Positions 1 through 12,524 of a stretch of DNA of 64,000 nt are shown one piece after another. Position 1 is the stretch's first letter. Each line of letters begins with the position of its first letter. Location of the stretch: assembly GCA_032718475.1 (NCBI GenBank), contig JAUCBJ010002501.1:12675-76674 (forward strand), read 5' to 3'. The notes beneath the pieces were generated by a model. It was not told the DNA's origin and did no database searches. It saw only the letters and a list, made by a program, of their open reading frames with translations. The translations under genes and the position numbers were made by a program. This stretch comes from Nemertoderma westbladi (Eukaryota; Animalia; Xenacoelomorpha).

Positions 1-21
1 GCCTAACCGCTCTCATACATT

Positions 22-440
22 GTGAATATATCTCTCAGTAGCGTCTCAGTGCCAAAACAAATGAAAATTGCGCGTATCACACCTATTTTCAAATCAGAAA
101 ATCCGACATTCGTACAAAATTACAGACCAATATCAGTACTTACATATTTCTCAAAAATACTCGAATTGAACTCGATTGTACAAACCGAACTAACAGACTA
201 TTTATTTATGCTAATTAATTAACAACACAGCCTCATCTACGACTCACGTCCATTGTATCCGCACCGCTATTAACAACAACTGTGTAACGCACCGGACTAG
301 GTTATTGGTCGCCAGGCAATCCATCAGGTTCCAAGCACCCGAGGTCTGGAACAGCCTCCCAATCTCTGTAAGGCACCGACCTAGAATATCTATCTTTAAA
401 TTGTCTCTAAAACGATATCTAAAAACAAGTAATCAAAACC
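22..440 (+). pseudogene. CR1/L2-type LINE reverse transcriptase remnant and 3' end, internally deleted
   Basis: KIARITPIFKSENP...NYRPISVLTYFSKILE is the CR1/L2 RT domain 0/1 motif. The same sequence is at 22369-22629 on the minus strand. Confidence 0.8.
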
Positions 441-1840
441 AATAATAAGTAACTCATATAAAATTTTGTACACTAGTTATAAATTAGTCATCCTTTAAAC
501 TTATATATCTTAGCTTATTTTATAGCTTTATCCATATCTTACATATCTCAGGTAATTTTCCAGCATTATCCCATCTATTACAATAATTTTCTTAAACCCT
601 TTTCTCAATCCAGCATACAGTAACTCTTATTAGAAAGGGTTTTATTATTAGAACGGCTTTATATCTACATATAAGATTAATCAACTTATACCCTTGTGTG
701 CATGCATAGTAATATAGATGATATATATCATTTATACGATATACCGGTTCTTTGTTTTATACATTTATTTTAGGTATGTAATTTACAGTAGTTGTAGTAA
801 GACGTACTACAGTATATACGGATTGTTTAAATACGATACGTAATCTTGTTATATACTGTATGTATATGTGTAAAGGAGGTGGTTTGCGTAATGGGCCTTC
901 CCGGCAAGCCACCGTCTGTGCACTGTTGAATATCCTAATAGGAATTAAATAGCATGGTGAAGGAGCTACGTACTGCTATATTATTATTTTATATATAACC
1001 CAATATTATGCGGTGCAATTCAATTACATGTATGTATACGGAAAATTGTTACATTAAAAAAAAACATAAACACATAATTTAATACATGTAGTCTAGATAC
1101 CCAACCCATATCATGCGTGCGAAGTGTAGAATAATATACAGCTAATTCAATACCGGAATGATAAATTCACTTTTTTATCTTCAGTTTTCTTCTGTCACAG
1201 CATCTCAGCAGTGTCGAAAGCGACCCACTCTTAATGGACTACAACATTGGTGGAAATTGGAGACTGTGTAACAATGTACATTACATTACGTATAATGGAT
1301 TTGTAACACCCGTGTTGTTTTTGTTTTGCTCTCTATTAAATATGATATAACATTTAGTTTTATTTAGTACATAATTTAAAATTCGATATTTTAAGCATTA
1401 TATTAGTGCATTAGTCTCTCATACGTATTTTACTATTTCGTCAGTTAGGGTATCTATAAGAGGCTCCATTAACCGCGTACCTAATGCCTAAAAGTTTGTC
1501 GACAAGCCGGAACAGCATTCTTAAAAATGCAGCTGCAATGCAGCATGCCGATCCTAGTAGTACCTAAGGCCAGTAATAATAATAATTACCTGTACCTTGT
1601 GACTAAGATCTGAAATAATAATACATTTTTAAACATTCACTAGTGTATTACTAATTATAATACATGATTAATAAACCGGAAGCTTAACTTCTTAAGTTTC
1701 TTTATACTTATTATATTAAATATAATATAAATAATATAAATATACTAACTTTATAATAGCTTAATCATAAGCCATTTCATAAGCCATAAGCCATAAATCA
1801 TATTTAGGTCCTCTCTAGTCATCAGAGGCCTATAATTTTC

Positions 1841-2176
1841 ACCGTACGCATACACCATACGCATACACCACCTACGCATACACCATACGCATAAACCATA
1901 CCTACGCATACACCATACCTACGCATACACCATACGCATACGCCATACGCATACACCGTACGCATACACCATACGCATACACCATACGCATACACCATAC
2001 GCATACACCATACGCATACACCATACGCATACACCATACGCATACACCATATGCATACACCATACGCATACACCATACGCATACAACATACGCATACACC
2101 ATACGCATACACCATACGCATACACCATACGCATACACCATATGCATACACCATACGCATACACCATACGCATACA
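1841..2176. repeat. 13-bp minisatellite (CACCATACGCATA)n
   Basis: Directly visible array. The overlapping ORFs repeat with a 13-aa (3x13 nt) period. Confidence 0.95.
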
Positions 2177-2532
2177 TTCGTATTTGCAGCCAGTGGAATC
2201 CGGACTGAAATGAAATGAGACAGTGCAAATAAGTTTACAAAACTTCCCACTAAAATGTACCAAACCTGTCAAATAAGCCCTAATTAATATAACTAATAAT
2301 CTTCTTGTTCAATAGACGAGTGAAAAACCGTTACTAAAGTTAACTAACATTGAACACTTTCTTTAAATTCTCAAAAGCAACAAGCTAATAGTTCGACAAT
2401 CTACATGACCGCCAATCTAAACAGAAATGTATTTGTTTTGTACAAATTGACAAATTCTAAATTGTAGTACCAATTAGTCTCTACTAGGATCGGCATGCTG
2501 CATTGCAGCTGCATTTTTAAGAATGCTGTGCC

Positions 2533-2876
2533 GGCTGTTCCAGACCTCGGGTGCTTGGACCCTGATGGATTGCCTGGCGACCAATAGCCTAGTCCGGTGC
2601 GTTACACAGTTGTTGTTAATAGTGGTGCGGGTACATGGTCGTGAGTCGTAGATGAGGATGTGTTGTTGGAAGTCAGTGTTACCCCTGCTTTGTACTATCC
2701 ATTGAGCCCTCTGTTGTAGTCTGTGCAGTGATTAAATTGTAGTATTTGGGTTCTCAGTATCTGTCTGTTGTTTCCGCCTTCGTCTGGAGTGTCGATGTAT
2801 TGGCGTTTGTCTTGGTGGCCCTGTATTGTCGTTGTTTGTATTAGATTTTTGTGCCCAGACAGCATTGCAGTATTGT
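2533..2876 (-). repeat. Direct copy of LINE segment 21570-21914
   Basis: ggctgttccagacctcgggtgc...cccagacagcattgcagtattgt occurs in both places, followed here by (TATG)n at ~2880-2903. Confidence 0.85.
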
Positions 2877-2902
2877 TTTGTATGTATGTATGTATGTATG
2901 TA

Positions 2903-3007
2903 TTTAATGTTTTGTATATTTTTAGTATTGCATCTTTGGATAGGACGTATTTAGTTTTCCGCAGAACCAATAGATTTCTCGAAACTAAGTTAATTAATTC
3001 TAGGACG
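2903..3007 (-). pseudogene. Downstream continuation of the CR1/L2 ORF2 interrupted by the BEL element
   Basis: Removing 3008-14653 and one TSD joins ...FSSNFKFNDHV (14654+) to LELINLVSRNLLVLRKTKYVLSKDAILKIYKTL, a typical CR1/L2 post-RT region. Confidence 0.8.
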
Positions 3008-3609
3008 TATGACGTCACCTGGTGGCCTGTAAAATGACAAAATGACACTTCCGGTATCCACCAGATAGCAGACAGCAGAAGTGACAGGACACGACTGCAC
3101 TACTCCTGCAACACAGAGAGTAGCCTACCGATGTAGGCATACTGCAGTACTGCTAACTACTGACTGGGAAAATTCATAAAGTTCTTATGGGATTTGTTCC
3201 CAATCCTACAATAACAGACAACATTACTCACCAGCGCCTAGAACAATCCACCAGGTCACCGGGTCCGTCGTCCGTTCTCTATTATATCGTGGGTTACAAC
3301 TTATATTTCCGTCACTCTATTCCGCCGTGGGGAGGGGCTTCACTCGCGGTCAAGCGAGCAAGGTAACTTTGGCAATCAGGTAACTCTATTGGGTTTGGCA
3401 GTTTGGGTATTTATATTAAGGTGCAGGGAGAGCCTGGAGTCTGTTTGGGAGGTTTGGACATCCTTATAAAAGGAGCTCTAGAATTATCAGCCCAGTCAAG
3501 GCTTACACGTGGCCCAGGGGAAGAAATACTTGGAGTACCGCAACCGGCCCTCCTTATTTCCTTCCCGGCTATAGAATCTTCACAAAGGATTCTTTTAGCC
3601 AACGTGATA
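3008..3609 (+). repeat. 5' LTR (602 bp), termini TATGACGT...ACGTGATA
   Basis: Direct repeat of 14075-14653. Differences seen: a 36-nt vs 13-nt replacement (3052-3087 vs 14119-14131) and one G/A substitution. Confidence 0.95.
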
Positions 3610-3627
3610 ATAAGAACTTTTGAATTT
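3610..3627 (+). promoter_or_regulatory. Putative self-complementary primer-binding site
   Basis: ATAAGAACTTT-TGAATTT directly follows the LTR and is the reverse complement of LTR 3170-3188 (AAATTCAtAAAGTTCTTAT, one bulged T). No TGG-type tRNA PBS is present. Confidence 0.55.
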
Positions 3628-5490
3628 AAAATAAAATCGCAGTTCTTCACAATTTCCTTGGCTCAGCAGCCTTGGTGATTAGTGGACTACGGCAGCTCTT
3701 CACCAAAGACTCTGTAGTCTGCGATCAATTTACTTTAGATTACCTCGCATATCGAGTGTCTTTTGTCAGTTGGTCATCAACCAGTGTATATGCGCTGGGT
3801 AGGACAGACGTTCGCTTCCGCAACGGGTCGAAAATTTGCCCTGGAAAAATTATAATCAATCCAAGTCATTATTATTGTTTTTCCGCCAAATTTAATTTAA
3901 TTTTTGGCACAAACCTATATGTTTACCGGCTGAATCAAACTGTCAATGTCAACTGGTCAAACCGCGTTCTGACATTTAATTGGCCAAACCTGCAAACATC
4001 CTTTTATATTGCGACATTTCCGCTGGGAACGTACCGGTCTGTCGGTAGTTTAGGCCCCTACCGTATAGATTTGCAATATATATAATTACCGGTGCGGTAC
4101 CTGTAATAAATTTTATATTGGTACCTATACTCCAAACACAACCCTATTCATACATTAGGGAACTAAGCTCAATCAGCGGTAGTTTTTGTGAATGAGTAGA
4201 CCTAAACTTTCAGGTGTATTTGAGTTGTTTATGTTTTTGCACTTTTGTGTGTGTGTTTGTTTTATATACAGATATTGGCCTACCTAGGCCAATACAGTCT
4301 TGAACCCGTTTTCTGCCAGTCTGTGTCCCTGCTACCGTACATTTGCGAGTAGCCTAGGCCTATGGCCTACCGGTCTTAAATATCTAATCTGAACACAGGT
4401 AGGCCTAATATTTTAGTTATTCATGATTATAATCTGATGATCTGTGAAGTTGTGCATTTTCACATTCCCACATTCAGATTAATTCAAATTTTAATTCCAA
4501 GAAATTTCAAATTTAAATCCTGAGTACCGGTACTGGTCATATTTTGTATAAATTAATTAATATATACCGGCTGACCGGTACCTTCTGCAGTTCTGCTTCT
4601 GTTCAGATTTAGTGGTATACCGGTTTCAGGAGTTTTGCCTATCAGCCTATACTGCTATATATACCGGTATATATCTATATATCTGTACCGTATATAACCT
4701 AGTTAACTCCAGAACTCATAACTGGTTGATAGACCGAGTTACTGAGTTAACCAATTTCAGTACCAGTATTTGATAGGCTATTATTGTCTATTAAAGTGTG
4801 TATATTAATATTATTACATAATAATATTAAAGGTAATAGCGTCCTACATATACTCAACTCAGACGTTATTTCGTTATTATATATATAAAGTACCGATATC
4901 TGAGTATAGACACTGACAGACTGTCTAGTATCTACCAATATATGGTTCGTATCTATATAAATATCAGTATATAGCTAGCCTATATGTATTTAGTATTTAA
5001 TACACTGCCCAACAGCCCAAGCTGCCATAGTGCATAGGCCTATTTAATTGTGTATCTAGGTAGGCCCTACTTCAATATTTACAATATAGACATTATTCAC
5101 CCTCGTCTTATGAGTAATTAACTGCTTCAGTCTAGCAGTAAATCCTATTAATTCTGTAAATATATTTGTGTTTGCCTAATTGTAAGTTACTAGTTTTTGA
5201 TTGCAGTTCTGCAGTTAAGTTTAAAATATAAACACAGTATCGGTACCTACCTGTCTGTTTCAGCCAATTTTAATCTTTTAGGCTATCCACTGACCATGAT
5301 TGAATACAATCTTTTGTGAAAAGGGGATATCATATTACGCTTCCCTACTGCTCCCAATAGGTACAGATAGAGTACCCAACATTTATATTCGGTTCAGTAA
5401 AAGTAGTAGTAAGCTTGCTTCTTTTTAAGACATTCAGACCATTTGGCTTTATTAGGCCTTTGTTGAATATTTCATATATCAATTTTAAAC

Positions 5491-7492
5491 ATGTCTGATG
5501 ATAATGGACAGTATACTACAGATGGGGAAAATCCGAACAATTCGCCATCAGCTTCTGACTTAACAGTAGTTCCCCCACAGCAAGAAAGTGATGAAACCAA
5601 ATCAGAAGAACACCAGCTATTAGCTGTAACAACGAGACCCCTTAGTGAGAGAGCCACAGACTCCTACTTATCAGCTTGTATGCAGTTGAAATTGGAGGGT
5701 ATTGACCCCACTGTCTCTTGTGAACGTTTAGACCACATAAGCTCAGGATATTTATCAGCGTCGACACGGTATCTAAACACATTGGAAGCGAAACTCACCC
5801 CCGAGTATTTCCAGGCTCACCGTCCAGACGAAGTATACACATGGAATGTTGAATTGGAAGCAAAACGACAACGCCTTATGTCTCATTTGGAGTGGATACG
5901 TCTCGTTGCCAAGGCCCGACAATTGGACACTCTTGATCATAGATTACAGATGCGCGCACGTGAGCACGATGGCAGATATCAAAAAATATCTAGTCTATAC
6001 CAAAAATGGTGTGGAGCAGCAGGAGTAATGATGCCTCTATTTTCACCCCCGATCTGCACATTAAGCGAAAGCAGTGTTGCCTCTTCAAAAAGGGAGGACC
6101 GGATGCAACGCTTTGAAATAGCAAAGAAACATAGGGATCGTCGCCTTAAGGAATATCACCAACAGGAAGAATTGATCACTCAACGAAAGCAAACAGAAGC
6201 ATAACAACTGAGAGATAACATAATACTGAGCTCCCAGAAGAGAGCCAACCAACAAGCTGTGGAAGAAAGGATAGCCCAATCTATGAAACGAGAGGTTGAA
6301 GAAAGAGTTGCTGCGGAACAACGTCATCAAGATAATATATTTGAGGAGTTAGCGGAACAGAAGAAACTGAAAGATATGGAGTTTCAATTGCAGAATGATG
6401 CCCTAGATCAACAACAGAAATTTATCCGTCTGCAGTCCCAGCTACAGGAAGTAAATGACACCATTCTGGATGATGCCCCTTTTGTTTCAATTGGACAAGA
6501 AGGGCAGTCTTAGCTACCAGCTGCAAGAGGACCTATCAGCTCATCTCCAATTAATCCCAGTTCCGAGACTTTGCAGCGATATTTACAGCAACCCCTGGTA
6601 CCTGATTTGAATCGGTTGGTTATGGAAGAAAATCAAGAGGATCACTTGATAGACAAAAACCTAGAAGATAGAAAGGGAATGAAGGTCAACGTTGTAACCA
6701 CCCAACCCGACTTGTCACGTCACGTTGAGTTTTGCCCACCAGTACCTAACAAGAGGCGAGCTGACGAAATTCCACCGGAAAAACATAGAATTCTCCTGGA
6801 ATCAGAGGCTTTGAAAGAGGCAAAAGGAACTCCTAAACCTGGTAGAATTGAGCCAAGACATGTAACCTCAGAGATTAGATATGAGCGGCAGGACACTGAG
6901 ACGGCACCATCCTCCCACTATTTCCAGAAGAATCCTGGAAGTGGAAATATACCACAAATATCTTCACCGAGGTATCAAACCTCGAGAGAACCAAAGGTTA
7001 TCTTACATCCAAGGATACAATCAATACCTGTACCACCTCCAATATCCATGCAATACTCTACAAGTATAGGCGGAACCATTCCTAAACACACAAATGCTAT
7101 ATACGATAATAAAATGGGATGGTCACCAATAGACCAATATTCGAATTGGAGATATGAAATGGAGCAGAGTCTGCAGGGTTTATCCCAGAAGATTAATGAA
7201 ATACAGGGTTTACAACCACCCCATGGGCACTGGGGACAGCACATAAGTCAGCTAGCCAAGAACATGGACATATGGTTAAAGGACATTCGGAAGAGTTGCT
7301 TTGATCATGTGGATAGGATCCAAGCAGAAGTTGCGCTCAATGCAGATACGGCCCAACTGCCCCCTCATGAAACTCTAACTTCCAATGGTACCTCAGCTAG
7401 ATAACACTAAGATATTGAACGATCTCGCAGCTAAGTTAACAGAACCCACTCGTCGACGATGGGTAAAGGCATAATTACGTCACCAGCGTCGA
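5491..7492 (+). pseudogene. BEL/Pao gag N-terminal/central region with in-frame stops
   Basis: ORFs 5491-6204, 6259-6513 and 6571-7404 share one frame and encode coiled-coil-like and low-complexity sequence. A frameshift near 7390 leads into ...LNDLAAKLTEPTRRRW, typical of the BEL gag core C-terminus. Confidence 0.7.
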
Positions 7493-9826
7493 TTGAATGA
7501 TCCTAATATTGCCAAAGCCGAACATTTTGTCCAGTTTTTGGAAGAAGAGGTGGATATTCTGGTTTTAATGCCTGTTGCGAAGCCCAATAATACCACAATT
7601 CTTAATAAAGATATTAAAAGAATTTCGAGGGTAAATGCAGTAAGAACAGATGACTCAAGTGATGATGATGAGTTCTTAAATCGGATAGTGGCGAAATTGC
7701 ATAAGCCAGCAAAAGGAAGACATCAGCAATCCAAGGCTCTTAATGCTATCACTCGACCTTCTAAACAAAATATCCCACCCAAACCAACTGTATCCAGAGG
7801 GACAGGTGAGTTGAAATGTATTAAATGTGGAGATACCCATAACTTATTTAAATGTGAAGACTTTAATAAGATGAATCTAGAGAAAAGAAGATCCTTTTGT
7901 CAATGTGAAAAACTTTGCTACAACTGTTTATCAAGCCTCCACCTCCGATCCCATTGTAAGAATAAAAATCGTTGTAAAATTTGTGGTGAAGCCCACCACA
8001 CTATCTTTCATAAAGAAGAACTTACCTCATGTGAAACTAAACGAGAAGAGGCTGCAATGAGAATAGTAGAATCTGAGACAGATTCAGATGCTGCTGGTGA
8101 TGAATATGGAGTTACTGAGTTTGCAGAACATGAGTCAAATTTTATCGATAATGCTGCCATAATTTCCTGTAGACTCAATCGTAGAGGTGGTCCAGTACGT
8201 GAATTTCCGGTTTTGACCTTGAGACTAAATGGCGATAAGGGTTCAACAATTGTTAATGCTCTTGTAGATACGGGTAGCTCGACTACCTTTCTAGATGGGG
8301 ATATTTTCGACCGGTTGTTTGGAGTAACCAAAGAAACTAACCTGCACTTAACGGCCGTAGCCTGGTACCAAGAGATGCCTACGGTAGTGGCAAAGGGTAA
8401 ACTTAGTCCAGCCAGGGATGACGTGGAAGGGGAAATGGCAGAGAACATCAAAATTATACGTATGAATGGTTTAAAAAACGCACTTGGGACTCCCCATGAC
8501 TGGTTGAGTGATGATTTTTCCAAACAATACCAGATTCCTCTAGCAACGGCTGAAGATCCTAAGGTTGTCATGCTCATAGGGCAGAACTGCCCTGAAGCCT
8601 TTCGCGTTTTAGAAACAATCCCGGCAGCTTTCTTGGGAGTGGGGTCATCCAAATACAGTTCGCCATTTGCGGCACGAACACCTCTTGGATGGTATTGTTC
8701 GGGACCATCAGAGAGAACATTAAAAGAGAGAGAATCTGAGAGTATAAATTACATTGAAATACTCACTCATGAATCAGTATGTCGACTACAAGATACATTC
8801 ATAGAACAGGAATTGGCAGCCTTAGGTAGAGACATGACTGAACTGCCCACTCAGGATACTTACGATACCTTAATGCACTTGGTGACTCATAGTGAATCAT
8901 CTAGAACCAACGACGATTATCATAATAATGAAGAATGTTCAGCTTGGGATAATATGACTCTTGATTTGGCCATGCAACGATGGCTTGAGAATGACAGCAC
9001 TAACGTGAATGAGGATAAATTAGCAATGTCTCCAGACGACCTCCATGCTGTGGAGATCCAGCATCGGACGCGCAAACTTCTGCCTGATGGACATTATCAG
9101 ACTGGCCTGCTGTGGCGGGATGATCCTCCACAGCTTATTAACAATTCTAGCCTAGCATATAATAGAGCTCTGAACATGAGAAAAAGGCTGAAGAAGAACC
9201 CTAAATATTTAGATATGTATCAACATCAAATGGATAAATACCTCAAAATTGATTGCGCAGAATTGGTTCCATCTGACCAACAACAATTTGGTCCCAGGTC
9301 ATATTTTATGCCGCATCATTTTGTAACCCATGAAAACAAACCCAACACTGTACGAGTTGTTTTCGACTGTCATGCTACATATAAAGGTAAATCACTCAAT
9401 ACAGAGATACTTCCTGGACCAAACTTATTACAATCTTTGGTAGGAATTCTTATTAGATTTCGTGAGTTTAATGTAGCTTTCGTAGCAGATATAGAAGCAA
9501 TGTTTCTACAGGTACGTGCCCTCCCAGTGGACCAAGACAGCCTCCGATATTATTGGTGGCCGACAACTGAGCTTGAAGGTGAGCCAAGCCAATATTGGAT
9601 GAAGTGCCAACCCTTTGGAGTAATATCCTCACCTAGCAATGCTGAGAGTATTGTGTATGCAACAGCTGATGACAATGCCAATGATTTCAAAAAGGTTATA
9701 ATTGAAACAATAAAGAATAGTTTATATATGGATGATGTTCTTAAGTCACATCCAATCAGTGGAAACTTAATTGATATTGCTCATGTGTTCAAGATTGCCT
9801 GCTCCGGGGTGGCTTTCGACTGGTGA
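7493..9826 (+). pseudogene. BEL/Pao gag zinc knuckles, aspartic protease and reverse transcriptase
   Basis: Triple Cys-His knuckles (CIKCGDTH, CYNCLSSLH, CKICGEAHHTIFH), protease ALVDTGS, RT motifs RVVFD, SLN, ADIEAMFLQ and YMDD. Frameshifts into 9823-10116. Confidence 0.92.
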
Positions 9827-12524
9827 AATTCGCTAGCAACAGCAAGGAACTACTACAGACATTTCCACCAGAAGAACGGGCCTCCCCTACCCTAGACTTA
9901 GATGTAGAGCAGCTCCCAGTAATGAAAACATTGGGACTACGTTGGCGAATGCAAGAAGATGAGTTCTACTTCACAGTTGCCTTTATCGATAATGTGCCAG
10001 CAAAAACACGACGCCAATGCCTTTCGAAAATGCACAAGGTCTTCGACCCATTTGGATATGTTGCGCCAGTAATTATGAGGGCTAAGTTCTTGCTTAAGAA
10101 AACACTTGGCTTTTAGATTTAGATTGGGATGATACTATTCCCCAATTTCTGTTTGAGGCCTGGAGTAAGTGGGAAAGGGACCTTAAACATATAGAACAAT
10201 TAACTATTCCCAGAACATACTTTCCTCACTTGCAAACAACCGAACAACTTCAACTTCATGTCTTTGTTGACGCTTGTGATAATGGGATGGGTGCAACGGC
10301 CTATTTTAGACGAGAGTTGAAGGGTATATTTTCAGTAACCTTTGTTGCTTCAAAATCTCGTATTATGCCTAAACAGGAACTATCAACCCCTAAGGCAGAA
10401 TTGCAAGCTGCTGTGCTGGGAACTGAACTTGCTGAGATTATCACAGCTGAACTTACTCTCAAGGTAGAACAATATTATTGGACTGATGCTACCATAGTAT
10501 TACAATACCTGCATAACCGAAAACATAAACTCTCTGTGTTTATAACAAACCGGGTGACTCGAATATTAAAACGATCACTCCTATATCAATGGCGTCATAT
10601 AGCTGGTACCATTAATCCAGCTGATCTGGCCTGTCGTGGCTCAACAGCAGAAGAATTAGTCAATTCTTCCATATGGTGGAAAGGTCCAGATTTCTTGTGG
10701 GAGACAGAAGATGAGTGGCCTCATGTACTGCGAGATCTAAATCTCCCCAAGGGAGCGGAGATAGTTCCCGATAGAGTATACCCCCCCAAATCTAGGTTGA
10801 TTTCAGGAGAAACCAATACAATAATAAATGTTGAAGATGATCCTACCCCAATTCCCAAAGGTTCAAGTAAAGAGATTCAATTTCCAAACTTAGACAAAGG
10901 ATTGCATCCTTGGTTGAAAAGACTTCTGAGCAGTCAGCAAAGTCTTCGTGCCTCGATTCGGGATATTTGCTACATTCGCCGCATGGCACATTGGTATTGT
11001 TGGCGACAAAAGAATCCCAATACGACCGAGAAACCTCTTAGATTTTTTTGTCCATTAACACTAGAAGAACTAAGGACCAGTTTACAAATGAGACTTCGCC
11101 TCTCACAAAGAATAGCAGATCCAGAACTTTTTTTGAAACATCAACATAATAACCCTATCCCCCCTCAGCGTGTTGCCACAATCATGTCAAATGGGATTAT
11201 TCGAGTTCAAACACGCCTAACAATGGCTCCAGTGTCCTATGACACTATACATCCTATCATGTTGCGCGAACCACTCCTCTTGGAACAATTATTTTATGAC
11301 ACTCACCTTGAACTTAATCACTCAGGAAGAGACCATATCTTGAGTCATTTGAGACAACACTATTTTCTAGTTTCACCCTGGAACTATCTACGGAATGTTA
11401 TGCGCAATTGTCTTCACTGCCGGAGATACAACTCACCACTGATGAAGCAACAGATGGGAGATCTACCCAACGTTCGGATGGCGGCATATGAGCCAGCATT
11501 TACCAATTGTGGAGTGGATATGTTTGGCCCGATATTAGTTAAGCGCACCAGAACTACTGTCAAACGATGGGGCTTATTGGCGGTATGTATGACTACAAGG
11601 GCGATCCATCTGGACGTTTTGTATCAAGCTAACATGGGTTTGTTTTTGTCCGCATTGTCCAGATTGATTGCACGGCGCGGACAACCACATCATATCACCT
11701 CTGATAATGGAGGAAACTTCGTAGCAGCCGAGAAAGAGCTTCGTAAGAATATCAATGAGTGGAATATGCAATCGCTACACGAGCTTCTTGATAATCATCA
11801 AATAAACCTCATAGACTGGTACTTTACTCCACCCCACGCTCCTTGGTATGGGGGAACTTATGAAAGGCTGGTACAGAGTGTCAAACAAGCTTTCTACAAA
11901 CTGTTGCCCGAGGATGAGACTTACACGTATTTGGATGATGAGGCGTTGCGCACATTGTTGGCTCAGATCGAATTAGTTTTGAACAACCGACCATTAACAC
12001 GTATTTCGCAATCTTCTGAATCAGCTGAAGCTCTCACTCCAGCACATTTCCTCTTCTCTAAACCAGCCATTACGATACCAATATCCGAAATGGAGGATAA
12101 TGATCTTCATTCCCGACGCACCTGGAAAGTTCTTCAACTCCTGACTCAACGATTCTGGAACAATTGGTTGATTGACTATTTACCTTCTCAACGCCTAAGA
12201 TCGAAGTGGTTTTGCCAACGACCAAATCTAAATATTGGTGATATCGTCTTAATTCATGACCCTGTACGGCCACGGCGGGATTGGCTTACAGCTACTGTCT
12301 TAGAACCTAACTACAGTGGCGATGGCTTAGTCAGAAGCGCTAAGTTGAAGACGCAGAATGGGAGTATTCTCGAAAGACCGATACAGAAATTATGCCTCCT
12401 TGAACAAGACTCAGAGAAGACAGGTATATATGGTCAATTTCAGCCTCTTCAACATAATCAGCCATGGATCCTTAGTAATATTACAAATACCCAACGGAAA
12501 TCTGTTGACAAACATAAACCGTAA
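9823..12524 (+). pseudogene. BEL/Pao RT thumb, RNase H and integrase (frameshift near 10110)
   Basis: KFASN, KTLGLRW, FDPFG; LHVFVDAC, PKAELQAA, WTDATIVL, NPADLACRG; HHCC zinc finger; GVDMFGP, SDNGGNF, GGTYERLV; C-terminal RPIQKLCLL. Confidence 0.93.

Larger units (their letters stand above)
1..2536 (-). repeat. Left arm of large inverted duplication (reverse complement of 17928-22590); may extend beyond the window start
   Basis: 1-222 matches rc of 22369-22590, 222-1234 matches rc of ~20704-21705, and 1231-2536 matches rc of 17928-19281. It lacks ~21706-22368 and the piggyBac-like insertion 19282-20703. Confidence 0.92.

Noticed and set aside
1822-2272. Cys/Tyr/Met-rich repeat ORFs (also 18192-18686)
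   Set aside because: Translations of a stop-free 13-bp satellite, open in all three frames.
3403-3678. ORFs inside the LTRs (also 14447-14668)
   Set aside because: No ATG start or recognisable motif; repeated only because the LTRs are.
4434-4450. Other CTGATGA matches (e.g. 4434, 5495, 63050)
   Set aside because: No helix II plus GAAA and no closing helix I.
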